Of a DNA stretch of 64,000 nt, positions 48,695-57,566 are shown in pieces. The DNA comes from Thermoanaerobaculia bacterium (GTDB lineage: Bacteria > Acidobacteriota > Thermoanaerobaculia > Multivoradales > Multivoraceae), in contig OY761158.1 of NCBI GenBank assembly GCA_963664405.1, positions 5,120,001 through 5,184,000 on the forward strand, read 5' to 3'. How positions within the stretch are numbered: the stretch's first letter is position 1; every line of letters begins with the position of its first letter. The notes under the pieces were generated by a model that saw only the letters and a program-made list of their open reading frames with translations, was not told where the DNA came from and made no database searches. Made by a program: the position numbers and the translations under genes.

Positions 48695-50063
48695 GAGGAC
48701 GCCAGACGGCGGTTCGAAGACCTGGGGCGGATTCTACTGGGTCGCGTTACTACGTTCCGGGATCATCCCACCGCTCAGGTACGTCCCGACTTCTCGCCGA
48801 ACGTCTTCACAGGCCGATCAGTTACCGACGCAGACATCACCGGCGATGTACATATTGGTTATCAGAACAACCACGGGGAGTTAACAGGCATCGCCGTTGC
48901 CGAGGTGGGAGGTTCACGCACTGGTCTGATCGGGCCCGACTACGAGAAGCTGGAGGCTCTCGCGCTATCGATGGCCAAGGTCCAGCCGTTCCAATTAACA
49001 GCGAGCCTCAAGTTCTTGCGGAGGCAGATCTTCGAGTGGATACTGGAACGCCATCGTGGGCAGAGTTCCGTAGGGTGCGTGGACTATGTTCTGCGGGTGT
49101 TGGAGAGCAAGGCGGCGGAACATCGCCTGCTCTTTCCGGTGTCTGACCTCCACGTGCAGTCCACACTGACGCTCGGGTCGGTCACGGTGTCGACTTTCCC
49201 GGAGAGCATCTTCGAGAGGCTTGAATCCAAGCAGATTGATGGCCAGTCTTCCGCCGCACATGCTGAGTTGTGCCAGTCGATGCGGAGAGACTTTCAGGGT
49301 CTCGCGGTCGCGGAGACGTGCGTATTCGGAGAGCCGATTCGAGCGAAAGAAATCGCTAGTGACCGAGTGGAGTTGGCGGTCGGAGTACTTCGCTTCTTTG
49401 CACCAAGCCATATAGTTCCTGGGGTTACATCAAGGGTTGCTCTCTGGGGTTACGCGCCGATCCGGACCTCCCGGGTGTTCGTTGTCGACGCGTCGGGGAA
49501 GTTCTTGATGACTACCGGTGCGATTATTGACCGCCCAGGGACCATGGTAGTTGGCGATGGTACGCGTGACATCTTGCTCGATGCTGGCCTTTCGGAAGCA
49601 TGCGATATCGTCGGCCGCGATTCACGCACCGACCTTGAGGAGGCGCTTCTGACCGGTATGGTTACGTTCGGTCGGGCTGCACTCACCCCAGATCTCGGAG
49701 AAAGGATGATCTGGTACTGCGCGGGGCTGGAGTCGATTCTGCTGAAAGATAGCTCAGAAGCGATTCTGAGCAACTTGAGCGACCGACTGGTGATGTTTGG
49801 CTATGACACGGTTGACGAGCGCACTGCCGCGTCGAAGGATATTAAAAAGGCGTATTCGCTTCGGTCACGGTTCGTCCATCACGGTGGCGAGATCGAAGAT
49901 GGTGAGATCGTGACCCAATTCGCTCGTCACGGTCTGCTGCTCTTCAGCCGAATCGCCAAGGACGTCGCCCGCTTCAGCAGTAAGGTCGAGCTCCTTGACT
50001 ATATTGACCGCATGAGATTGTCAGGTGTCTCGCAGTGAGTGCCTTCAGCATGCACAAAGGATC

Positions 50064-50149
50064 GGTTTTGCAACGATTCGGTGACGGACGTGGTTTCAAG
50101 GGCTTAGGCGTTGCAAAACCCTATTGCAGAATCAATGTATTTTGCAATA
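50064..50149. promoter_or_regulatory. res-like site / resolvase promoter
   Basis: Inverted repeats ggttttgcaacg (50064-75) / cgttgcaaaacc (50109-20) and tattgcagaat / attttgcaata (50122-50149) immediately upstream of the resolvase. Confidence 0.7.
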
Positions 50150-50159
50150 CCATTACGCA

Positions 50160-50714
50160 ATGTTGCTTGGTTACGCTCGCGTTTCCACCGATGAGCAGGA
50201 CACCGCCGCTCAAGTCGCCGCGCTCGAAGCCGCTGGCTGCGAGCGCATCTTTCGCGAGAAGGCTTCCGGCGGTCGTTGGGACCGCCCCCAATTCCTCCGG
50301 CTCCTCCATCAACTCCGCGCCGGGGATGTGGTCGTGGTCTGGAAGCTGGATCGCCTGTCGCGCTCTCTGCGCGACCTGCTCACCATCATGGAGCAGCTCG
50401 GGGAAGCCGGAGCCGGATTCCGCAGCTTGACCGAAGCCATCGACACAACCACTGCGGCAGGCCGCATGATGATGCAAATGGTGGGAGCCTTCGCGGAGTT
50501 CGAGCGCGCCATGCTGCGGGAACGCACTCAGGCCGGAGTCGATACCGCCCGGCAGCAAGGCCGCGTCGGCGGTCGCCCCCCCAAGCTCTCCCCGCAACAA
50601 CAATCCGAGATTCGTAAGATGGTTTCCGAAGGCGGGAAAACAGCCGCCGCTGCTGCACGCCTCTTCAACGTCCATCCAGCCACCGTCTCGCGGCTGCTGG
50701 AGCGAGAGCCCTAA
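50160..50714 (+). CDS. Serine recombinase (resolvase/invertase)
   Basis: GYARVSTDEQ, VWKLDRLSRS, AEFER, GGRPP, C-terminal HTH. Confidence 0.93.
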   Translation: MLLGYARVSTDEQDTAAQVAALEAAGCERIFREKASGGRWDRPQFLRLLHQLRAGDVVVVWKLDRLSRSLRDLLTIMEQLGEAGAGFRSLTEAIDTTTAAGRMMMQMVGAFAEFERAMLRERTQAGVDTARQQGRVGGRPPKLSPQQQSEIRKMVSEGGKTAAAAARLFNVHPATVSRLLEREP

Positions 50715-50720
50715 CAGCCT

Positions 50721-51257
50721 GTGTCCCTCGACCCTCAAATCCCGCTCTGCTGCCCCTGCGGGAGTCTGCGACTCTTTTGCCGGGGGTGGTGTAGGACTTG
50801 CTACGAGCGCCGCCGCCGCTCGCGCGGCCGCTTCGGCGGCTTGCGCGAGAGAATCCTGGTCCGCGACCACCATCGTTGCCGCGTGTGCGGGGCCCGAGAA
50901 CCTCTGGTCGTCCATCACCGCCACCGGCGCAATGTCTTCGCGGTCCTGATCACCCTCTGCGCCGCCTGTCACTCACGGCTACACCGGCTCGGGGCCATCG
51001 ACCGCTGGGTCCCCGAACTCCTCGCAGAGTTGTGGGCCGAGCAACACCCCGGCGTGCCGCTTCAGATCCAGTTCTCCGAGGGTGTCGGAGGCTATGAGCG
51101 AGCCGCAAGCACTGATGCGAACCCTGCCGGGACTGGGGCTGATCGTGACCGGACCACCATACGCGACGCTGGCAAGGAAGGGACCAAGAAGCGCCCCACG
51201 GAGCGTGGGAAAGAACCTGTCGGCGGTGCACAGAGCATTCTGCCCGGCGCGTTGTAA
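50721..51257 (+). CDS. Cys-rich HNH endonuclease-like protein
   Basis: CPCG...CRTCY; RDHHRCRVCG...VHH...LITLCAACH. Confidence 0.75.
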   Translation: MSLDPQIPLCCPCGSLRLFCRGWCRTCYERRRRSRGRFGGLRERILVRDHHRCRVCGAREPLVVHHRHRRNVFAVLITLCAACHSRLHRLGAIDRWVPELLAELWAEQHPGVPLQIQFSEGVGGYERAASTDANPAGTGADRDRTTIRDAGKEGTKKRPTERGKEPVGGAQSILPGAL

Positions 51258-51411
51258 GAGGGAGGGGAAGGACTCCGACGGTGCGGCAGTACAGGGAACT
51301 GGTTCGTTCAAGAACGACAACATACTTTTATCGTGCTATAAAAGAGGGTAGATTTACTACCCCGGGCTGTAGGCCCCATTGAGCGTATACTTGTAACGGG
51401 TAACGCGCGTT

Positions 51412-51534
51412 ATGGCAAAGACTCCGAAGTTGACTGACTCGAAGGCACGCGCCGCCGAACGCCAGCGCCGCTTTCGAGCGCGGCGCAAGGTTGAAAAGTT
51501 GGCAGCCGAGCAGAGCGCCCAAGGACGACCCTAA
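51412..51534 (+). CDS. Small basic protein (40 aa), possible DNA-binding regulator
   Basis: MAKTPKLTDSKARAAERQRRFRARRKVEK...; below the ORF-track cutoff; AERQRRFR pattern seen in mobile-element regulators. Confidence 0.45.
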   Translation: MAKTPKLTDSKARAAERQRRFRARRKVEKLAAEQSAQGRP

Positions 51535-51679
51535 GGCCGCTACGGTCATAAGGCTCGGCAATTCCGGTTGGCACGGTTTTCTTACGTCGTCTCGATTACG
51601 AAGCGATTACGAACAGGAACTAGCCGAGGTTGATGTAGTCGAGATGTATCTATAAACCGTTGTAAATAATGATTTTATA

Positions 51680-51754
51680 TGGAGCCGACGGGCGGATTTG
51701 AACCGCCGACCTGCTGATTACGAATCAGCTGCTCTACCACTGAGCTACGTCGGC
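51680..51754 (-). tRNA. tRNA-Thr(CGT)
   Basis: Reverse complement gccgacgtagctcagtggtagagcagctgattCGTaatcagcaggtcggcggttcaaatccgcccgtcggctcca folds as a cloverleaf with encoded CCA. Confidence 0.97.
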
Positions 51755-51828
51755 TAGAGGTGGGATCCCCTCGCGAGGGCTGGGGAATTGTAAGGGGTTT
51801 CGCTGTGCAGCGGCAAGATCGCGTCGGG

Positions 51829-52809
51829 TCAATCGCCAGGCTTGAAACGAAGAGTTCCGTCCGCCGGCTCGAGCTCATGATCGAAGCCCCCGCTCCGCAG
51901 CCAGGCTGCCGCCTGAGGGTCTTCTTTCAGCAGCATGTCCCAGAAAGCGACGGCGGCCATCCGCACTAGTTCGTGGTGACGAGCGGCCTTGTCGCGCGCG
52001 GGACCCGGCTGCCCAATCTGGCGGCCACTGAAGGTCATGTGGATGCCGTCCTCGAGGACCAAGAGCCATTGGTCGCGACCCTCGATGGTATCGAAGGGAA
52101 AGGAGCGAGTCTCGACGGTCTGGTCTCCAAGCGGCGAGGCGTCCGCCGTACCGGTGAGGTGAAAGAGCGGCATGTCCATGACCGCGAAGGCCGTCGAGGG
52201 GTCTTCGGAACGGGGCTTTGACGGACTCATCGCGAAGGCCCCGCGGAAGGCTGGCACGGCGAAACGACGGCCAACGAGCGGCATGCTCTGACCGGCGGCA
52301 ACGAGCGTCGTGATCGCGCCATAGGAGTGCCCCGACATTCCGATGCGGCTGGAATCGAGCCTTCCCGCCAACTCGTCCGTCGCCATCTTCTCGATCTGCG
52401 ACACCGCGAAGGGGACGTCTCCCAGGCGAGCTATGACGACCTGAGGGTCGCTAATCTTATCCAGCATGCCCTGGGCCCCGTGCTTCCTCAGAACCCCGAT
52501 GTCGCTGCCGGCGTGCTGGATATGGAACGCCGCGAAGCCGTGGCTCGCGAGGTGTCGCCCCAGGTACTCGGCTCCGTCACGCGAGCCGCCTGCGCCATGA
52601 GACCACACGACGACCGGGATGAGCCCGAGGTCTTCCCGCGGCCAGTAGAGCTTCCAAGGCACGACGCGTCCCTGGCGCCCTGCATCACTCCACTCACCAA
52701 GACGAACTTCGACCTGGTGCGGTCCGGATGCCGCCTTGTACGGTGCGGCCACGGCATAATGGACAACCGGCACGAGAGCGAAGAAGATGCAGAGAATGAG
52801 GCTTCTCAT
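51829..52809 (-). CDS. Exported alpha/beta hydrolase
   Basis: WSHGAGG, GHSYG nucleophile elbow, TGTAD, HMTF. Confidence 0.88.
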   Translation of the reverse strand: MRSLILCIFFALVPVVHYAVAAPYKAASGPHQVEVRLGEWSDAGRQGRVVPWKLYWPREDLGLIPVVVWSHGAGGSRDGAEYLGRHLASHGFAAFHIQHAGSDIGVLRKHGAQGMLDKISDPQVVIARLGDVPFAVSQIEKMATDELAGRLDSSRIGMSGHSYGAITTLVAAGQSMPLVGRRFAVPAFRGAFAMSPSKPRSEDPSTAFAVMDMPLFHLTGTADASPLGDQTVETRSFPFDTIEGRDQWLLVLEDGIHMTFSGRQIGQPGPARDKAARHHELVRMAAVAFWDMLLKEDPQAAAWLRSGGFDHELEPADGTLRFKPGD

Positions 52810-52847
52810 GACGTTGACTTCCCCAGGCCTGACTTTGCTATCTCCCA

Positions 52848-55370
52848 TCACCAAGCATCGCGTCGGAAAACCTCACGCCAACGTTCCCCAGGATCCTCGA
52901 AGCGGACGCCGGCAGGGTCGAAACGCTCGGGCTCGAAAGGCTTGCCGCCGAGCCACTCAAGGAGCATCTCGCGCTCCGGATGCCTCTCGTCGGCCATTGC
53001 GGCGACGAGCTCGAGATAACCCGGAGTGCTACCTACGTCCTCGGGCGGGCAAGCCCTCTCGCCTCCAGTGCAACGAGGATAACCCTCATCCGCCTCGCTG
53101 GGTACGATCGCCTCCAGCGAGATCTCGTGCTGCCAATTGTCCCCGAAGTCGTACTGGTAGGTGATCGAGGGCTGATCAAAGGTCAGGAAATCGGCGATCG
53201 GCTGCTCCCAGCCCGGCAGGCACTCGACGTCCTCGTCGGGCATTCCGATCTCCACTTCCTCGCCGGTTTCGGGGCTCTGAACGAAGAAGCCGTGCAGGTG
53301 ACTATCGGTCCACCCCATGGCGTTCTGGACGGCCACGTGCAAGTCCCAGAACGAGCTTGCGTAGGGCAACTCGATGCGCCGCCAGATCACTGGGGCGATG
53401 TCGAGGAGCTCGATACGAAGCCGGCAGATACCGCTTGCCACCCGGCCAGTGACTCCGCGGGACCGGCTGCGCTCACGCGCCGCCTTGCGACCCGCTGCGT
53501 CAATCTTGCCGCGAGTCTTGCGCAGCCACTCGATGGCGCCCGGGACCGATCTCCAGCTCTCTTTCAATTCCTCGCACTCGAGCCACGCGAGCATCGATTC
53601 GCTCAGCGGACCATAGCTCGACTTGGGCTTCTTCTTCTTGCGGCCGGTTAGGAAGTCTGCGATGAGAGGTGCATCGCGGTAGGCGGGCTCTAGCGCGCGA
53701 CGTGCTGCTTTGGTGTCGCCGAGCGCGAAGTGAGCCAGCGCCTCGCTGAATTCGAGGCTGAAGAACCGTCGGGAGCCATCGACCGTGTGAATGATCGCCA
53801 GGGCTTCTGTGTAGGCACCGTCGCAGAGCTTTTGAGCGACTAGGATCGGGCGGACACCCGAGCGATCGGCCGGGTCGAGCTCCAAGAGGACCGAGATCAA
53901 AGAGTCATCCCCGCTCTCGCTCTCCTCGTTGGGATTCTCGATGCCGAGCTCGAGCAGGAGAAGCGCGGCCTCAGAGGAATCGAGATCGGCAAGGGGTGGC
54001 AGTGACGAGCTTTCGCCGGCCCGCGACCACGCACCGGTGATGATCGCTCGACCCCGCTTCAGCAGAGGCAGCAATACACCTCGTGTATGCCAGCGCGCTC
54101 CGGACGACGGCAGCTCGAGGGCGGCGAGAGTCACGTCGCGGAGGATCGTCAGGCTCCCCAGGCCCCCCGGAGTCTCTTCGAGGTAGTCGAGCCAGGTTTC
54201 GACGACGCTCGGAAACCAGTACTGGAGAGCGAGGATCGTCGTCTCGTCGCGGGGCCATGGTAGGTTCCGCCATCCCTCTTCGAGCCTCGCCTGCTGAGTC
54301 GGAGCAGTCAGGACACTGCCTAGGGGCGTGACCTCGACCTCGTAGCGCGGCACCGGCAGGGCTACCTCCCGCTGGACGAGATCCCAGAAGCGTGCCAGAA
54401 CCTGCTCTTCCGGCCACGTCGAGGTGTTGAGGAAGGTGGTGCGGTAGGGGGCTGCGATCACTTCGCGCATCAGGCCTGCGGGGCCGCCTTCGTCGTCGAG
54501 TCCGGCACGTTCGAAGCGAGCCAGCCAGAATCTAGCGCGGGCTTGCGCACGATCCGGCTCGTCGCAGGAGAGCAGCATGGTGACCTCCAGTGACGACAGC
54601 GCCGGGTGATCGGGATCGTCGCGCTGGGCGTTGGCGAAGCACTCCCAGGCGAGATCCCAGTCTCCCGAGTCCGCTTTGATGCTCGCTCTTCGCATCCAGA
54701 CTGCTGCGCGCAAAGGCGGGCGAAGCTCTTTCGTGAGCCGCTCGAGCGCCTGCTCCTTCTTGTGTCGGTATTGGAGGCGGTCGTAGGTATCGATCAGGAC
54801 GTCGAAAGCGTCTTCGTAGCGAGCTCCCAGGCGCGCAAGTCGGTCGGGGGGCTGATCGAAGATAGGCTCGACGAGCGCAAGCGCCCGTTTCGGTTGGTCC
54901 AACGAGAGGCAACGTTTGGCGAGGTCGCAGCGCACCTGAGCTGGCACGTTAGCGCTGGCCCCCGCGCGCTTCAGTTGCTCGACCGAGAGCACATCGCTGA
55001 CGAGGGGCCACAGCTCCTCGGTGGTGAGGGCAGGGGTGTCGGCTGCGAATCGTGCGCAACAGCGCTTGTACTTGATTCTCGAACCGCAGCTGCAGGGGTC
55101 GTTTCGCCCCGGCTTGGGCAATGGGGACGATTGAAAACCGTGAGAAGGGAGCGGTGTTACATCCCAGATGGTCGCCGAGAGATTCGTAGCGAGGGCTTTG
55201 AGCCGACCCGGCTCGACCTGGGCCGCGTGGGGCAGCGTTTCGGCCAGCGACGTCTTCACGTGCATACGAAGATGCTCGAAATCCTCTCTCGACACAATCT
55301 CGCGAACGCTACTCTCAATCAGACTGAGCAGTACGTCAGGATCGAGGAGGGGGTCGTTCGCGGTCGTCAC
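52848..55370 (-). CDS. SEC-C motif + TPR-like + pRiA4b ORF-3 domain protein
   Basis: GRNDPCSCGSRIKYKRCC; C-terminal IWRRI...LHVAVQNAMGWTDSHLH...YDFGDNWQH...CPPEDVG. Confidence 0.85.
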   Translation of the reverse strand: MTTANDPLLDPDVLLSLIESSVREIVSREDFEHLRMHVKTSLAETLPHAAQVEPGRLKALATNLSATIWDVTPLPSHGFQSSPLPKPGRNDPCSCGSRIKYKRCCARFAADTPALTTEELWPLVSDVLSVEQLKRAGASANVPAQVRCDLAKRCLSLDQPKRALALVEPIFDQPPDRLARLGARYEDAFDVLIDTYDRLQYRHKKEQALERLTKELRPPLRAAVWMRRASIKADSGDWDLAWECFANAQRDDPDHPALSSLEVTMLLSCDEPDRAQARARFWLARFERAGLDDEGGPAGLMREVIAAPYRTTFLNTSTWPEEQVLARFWDLVQREVALPVPRYEVEVTPLGSVLTAPTQQARLEEGWRNLPWPRDETTILALQYWFPSVVETWLDYLEETPGGLGSLTILRDVTLAALELPSSGARWHTRGVLLPLLKRGRAIITGAWSRAGESSSLPPLADLDSSEAALLLLELGIENPNEESESGDDSLISVLLELDPADRSGVRPILVAQKLCDGAYTEALAIIHTVDGSRRFFSLEFSEALAHFALGDTKAARRALEPAYRDAPLIADFLTGRKKKKPKSSYGPLSESMLAWLECEELKESWRSVPGAIEWLRKTRGKIDAAGRKAARERSRSRGVTGRVASGICRLRIELLDIAPVIWRRIELPYASSFWDLHVAVQNAMGWTDSHLHGFFVQSPETGEEVEIGMPDEDVECLPGWEQPIADFLTFDQPSITYQYDFGDNWQHEISLEAIVPSEADEGYPRCTGGERACPPEDVGSTPGYLELVAAMADERHPEREMLLEWLGGKPFEPERFDPAGVRFEDPGERWREVFRRDAW

Positions 55371-55432
55371 GGCGGCAGCTTCGAGTGTATGCGCATACGC
55401 CCTGAGTCCGCTAGCAGGTCTGGGGCAGCGTC

Positions 55433-56791
55433 TTAGGCGCTCTCGCGCTCCTCCATATCGCTACAGGCGCCGATGGCGGCGGCGTAGACCTCTTTGAGCG
55501 GCACTCCGTGCTCGAGCGCGGCAGCACGGCAGGCCTCGAATTCGGGCGCGACGTTCCTTGGTAGGCCGTCGCCATCAGCCACCTTGACCGGAATCGATCC
55601 GAACGCGGTCTCGACCTCGATCATTCGGCGCGGCCGCTCGAGGCGATAGGAGGGACGCACCCGCACGCCGAGGGTTGTGGTCTCGGCGAAGAGAATGCGC
55701 CCAAGGCTCTGGACGTCTCCTCGTCGGGCAAGCGCCGAGATCATCATCGCGGGCCGGCCCTTCTTCATGCCGATGGGCGAGGTCCAGGCATCCAAGGCAC
55801 CGGCCTCGAGAGCGCGCTCCACCGCGTAAGCCGCAATCTCTGCACTCATGTCGTCAACGTTCGCTTCCAGAATGGCGAAGGGCGTCTCGATCCCCCCACT
55901 CGTGCTGCTGGCGGCATCCGGCGAGGTCCCGAGGACGGCGCGCAACAGGTTGGGTCGATCTTCGAGCTCTTTGGTGCCGCCGCCCCATCCACTGCGCTCC
56001 GGAGCCAGGTCGGGCCACCTCGAGAACTCACTGGCGATGGTGGCGACCAGGCAGGCGCCGGTCGGCGTCACCAGCTCGCCGTCGATGCCTGCGTCGTAGG
56101 TGGGCACCCCCCTCAGACAAGAAACAGTGGCAGGCGCCGGCAGGGGGAGCACTCCATGCTGGGCGCGGATGCGACCCTTGCCCATCGGCAGCGGGGAGGC
56201 AATGACGCGGGCGCCGAGAAAGTCGATCGCGGCCGCCGCCGCTACGATGTCGACGATCGAGTCGACCGCCCCGACTTCATGGAAGTGAACATCCTCCACC
56301 GGCATCCGATGGATGCCGGCCTCGGCTTCCGCGAGCAGTCGGAACGCGTCTAGAGCGATCTTGCGGCAGCCCCCGGCAAGCGCCGCCGCCTCGAGCATCT
56401 CGCGGATCTGACGGTAGGTGCGCTGCGGCTGTCCACTCTCGACTTCGACGATGAAGCGGCGGGCACCGATGCCCGAGCGCACCAGAGGGACGACGTCGAT
56501 GCGATAGCCGGTGAGAGGCAGAGCTGCCAAGGGCTCCTCGATCGCTCGGCGCGGCACGCCTAGATCGAGAAGGCTAGCCACCAACATGTCACCGGCAAGG
56601 CCGCTCGGGGCATCGAGAAAAAGGATCTTCCCGATTCCCGCCCCGCGCTCGAGATCGCCGTCGGGCAGGGGAGCCGGGGCAGTATCGGCCTGCGACGAGT
56701 CGCCGGCCCCGGGTTGGTGATGGTGATGAGAGTGACTATGAGCCTCGTCTCCGTCGTGACCGTGATCGTGATCGTGGGGTCCGGCGGTCAC
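55433..56791 (-). CDS. larC: Nickel pincer cofactor biosynthesis protein LarC
   Basis: His-rich N-terminus; GLAGDM, AEAGIH, VHFHEVGAVDSIVDI, PAPAT, ELVTPTGA, MKKGRP, ETTTLGVR. Confidence 0.95.
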   Translation of the reverse strand: MTAGPHDHDHGHDGDEAHSHSHHHHQPGAGDSSQADTAPAPLPDGDLERGAGIGKILFLDAPSGLAGDMLVASLLDLGVPRRAIEEPLAALPLTGYRIDVVPLVRSGIGARRFIVEVESGQPQRTYRQIREMLEAAALAGGCRKIALDAFRLLAEAEAGIHRMPVEDVHFHEVGAVDSIVDIVAAAAAIDFLGARVIASPLPMGKGRIRAQHGVLPLPAPATVSCLRGVPTYDAGIDGELVTPTGACLVATIASEFSRWPDLAPERSGWGGGTKELEDRPNLLRAVLGTSPDAASSTSGGIETPFAILEANVDDMSAEIAAYAVERALEAGALDAWTSPIGMKKGRPAMMISALARRGDVQSLGRILFAETTTLGVRVRPSYRLERPRRMIEVETAFGSIPVKVADGDGLPRNVAPEFEACRAAALEHGVPLKEVYAAAIGACSDMEERESA

Positions 56792-57552
56792 GAGGTGTCC
56801 TCTCCGATGCGGTTGATCATCGCTGCCGCCCGCCCGGCGCCGAAGCCGTTGTCGATGTTCACCACAGTTACTCCGGCAGCGCAGCTGTTGAGCATGCCGA
56901 GGAGCGCAGCGATTCCTCCGAAGCTGGCTCCGTACCCCACTGAGGTGGGCACCGCGATCACCGGCTTGCCAATCAAGCCCGCCACCACGCTCGGAAGCGC
57001 TCCCTCCATGCCGGCGACGACGACAAGGATGGTTGCTTCGTCAAGCTCTTCGCGACGGCCGATTAGGCGATGAACGCCCGCGACGCCGACGTCGTTGACG
57101 CGCTTCACTTCATTGCCAAAAGCCTCGGCCGTGATCGCCGCCTCTTCCGCAACCGGAAGATCGCTGGTGCCGGCAGTGACGATGGCGATGGGTCCGCGCC
57201 CGGTACGCGGCGAGGGGGTGCGTTGCAACAAGGCGGTGCGCGACAGCCGGTCGAAGCTCACCTCGGGGATGGCGGCGAGAAGGGCCGCTCCCGCCGCTTC
57301 GGAGACGCGGGTCGCGAGCACGGTCTGGTCGTGCTTGTCGATCTCGTGGAAGAGGGCGATCAATTGCTCCTGCGTCTTGCCGGCGGCGAAGATCACCTCA
57401 GGGTAACCGCTGCGCAGAGCGCGGTGATGGTCGACGGTGGCGAAGCCCAGGTCGGCGAAAGGGAGATCACGTAGCGACCCCATCGCTTCGTCGACAGCGG
57501 TCTCTCCCCGCGCGACGGCTTCGAGCAGCCGGCGTATGGCTTCGGGATCCAT
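56788..57552 (-). CDS. larB: Nickel pincer cofactor biosynthesis protein LarB
   Basis: DHHRALRSGYPEV, AGTSDLPVAEEA, DVGVAG, AGMEGAL, PTSVGYG, VNIDNGFGA. Confidence 0.95.
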   Translation of the reverse strand: MDPEAIRRLLEAVARGETAVDEAMGSLRDLPFADLGFATVDHHRALRSGYPEVIFAAGKTQEQLIALFHEIDKHDQTVLATRVSEAAGAALLAAIPEVSFDRLSRTALLQRTPSPRTGRGPIAIVTAGTSDLPVAEEAAITAEAFGNEVKRVNDVGVAGVHRLIGRREELDEATILVVVAGMEGALPSVVAGLIGKPVIAVPTSVGYGASFGGIAALLGMLNSCAAGVTVVNIDNGFGAGRAAAMINRIGEDTS

Positions 57553-57566
57553 GACGAACGGCTATC

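Larger units (their letters stand above)
47278..50038 (+). pseudogene. ApeA-like HEPN domain protein (456 aa restored), interrupted by IS256 after codon 12
   Basis: Removing the IS plus one TSD joins MSRLSNQLHEDA to RRRFEDLG..., in frame with ORF 48905-50038; AGLESIL and AYSLRSRFVHHG (RxxxxH). Confidence 0.85.

Noticed and set aside
51535-51590. GRYGH as a tyrosine integrase C-terminal remnant
   Set aside because: Only five residues and no other integrase motifs upstream.
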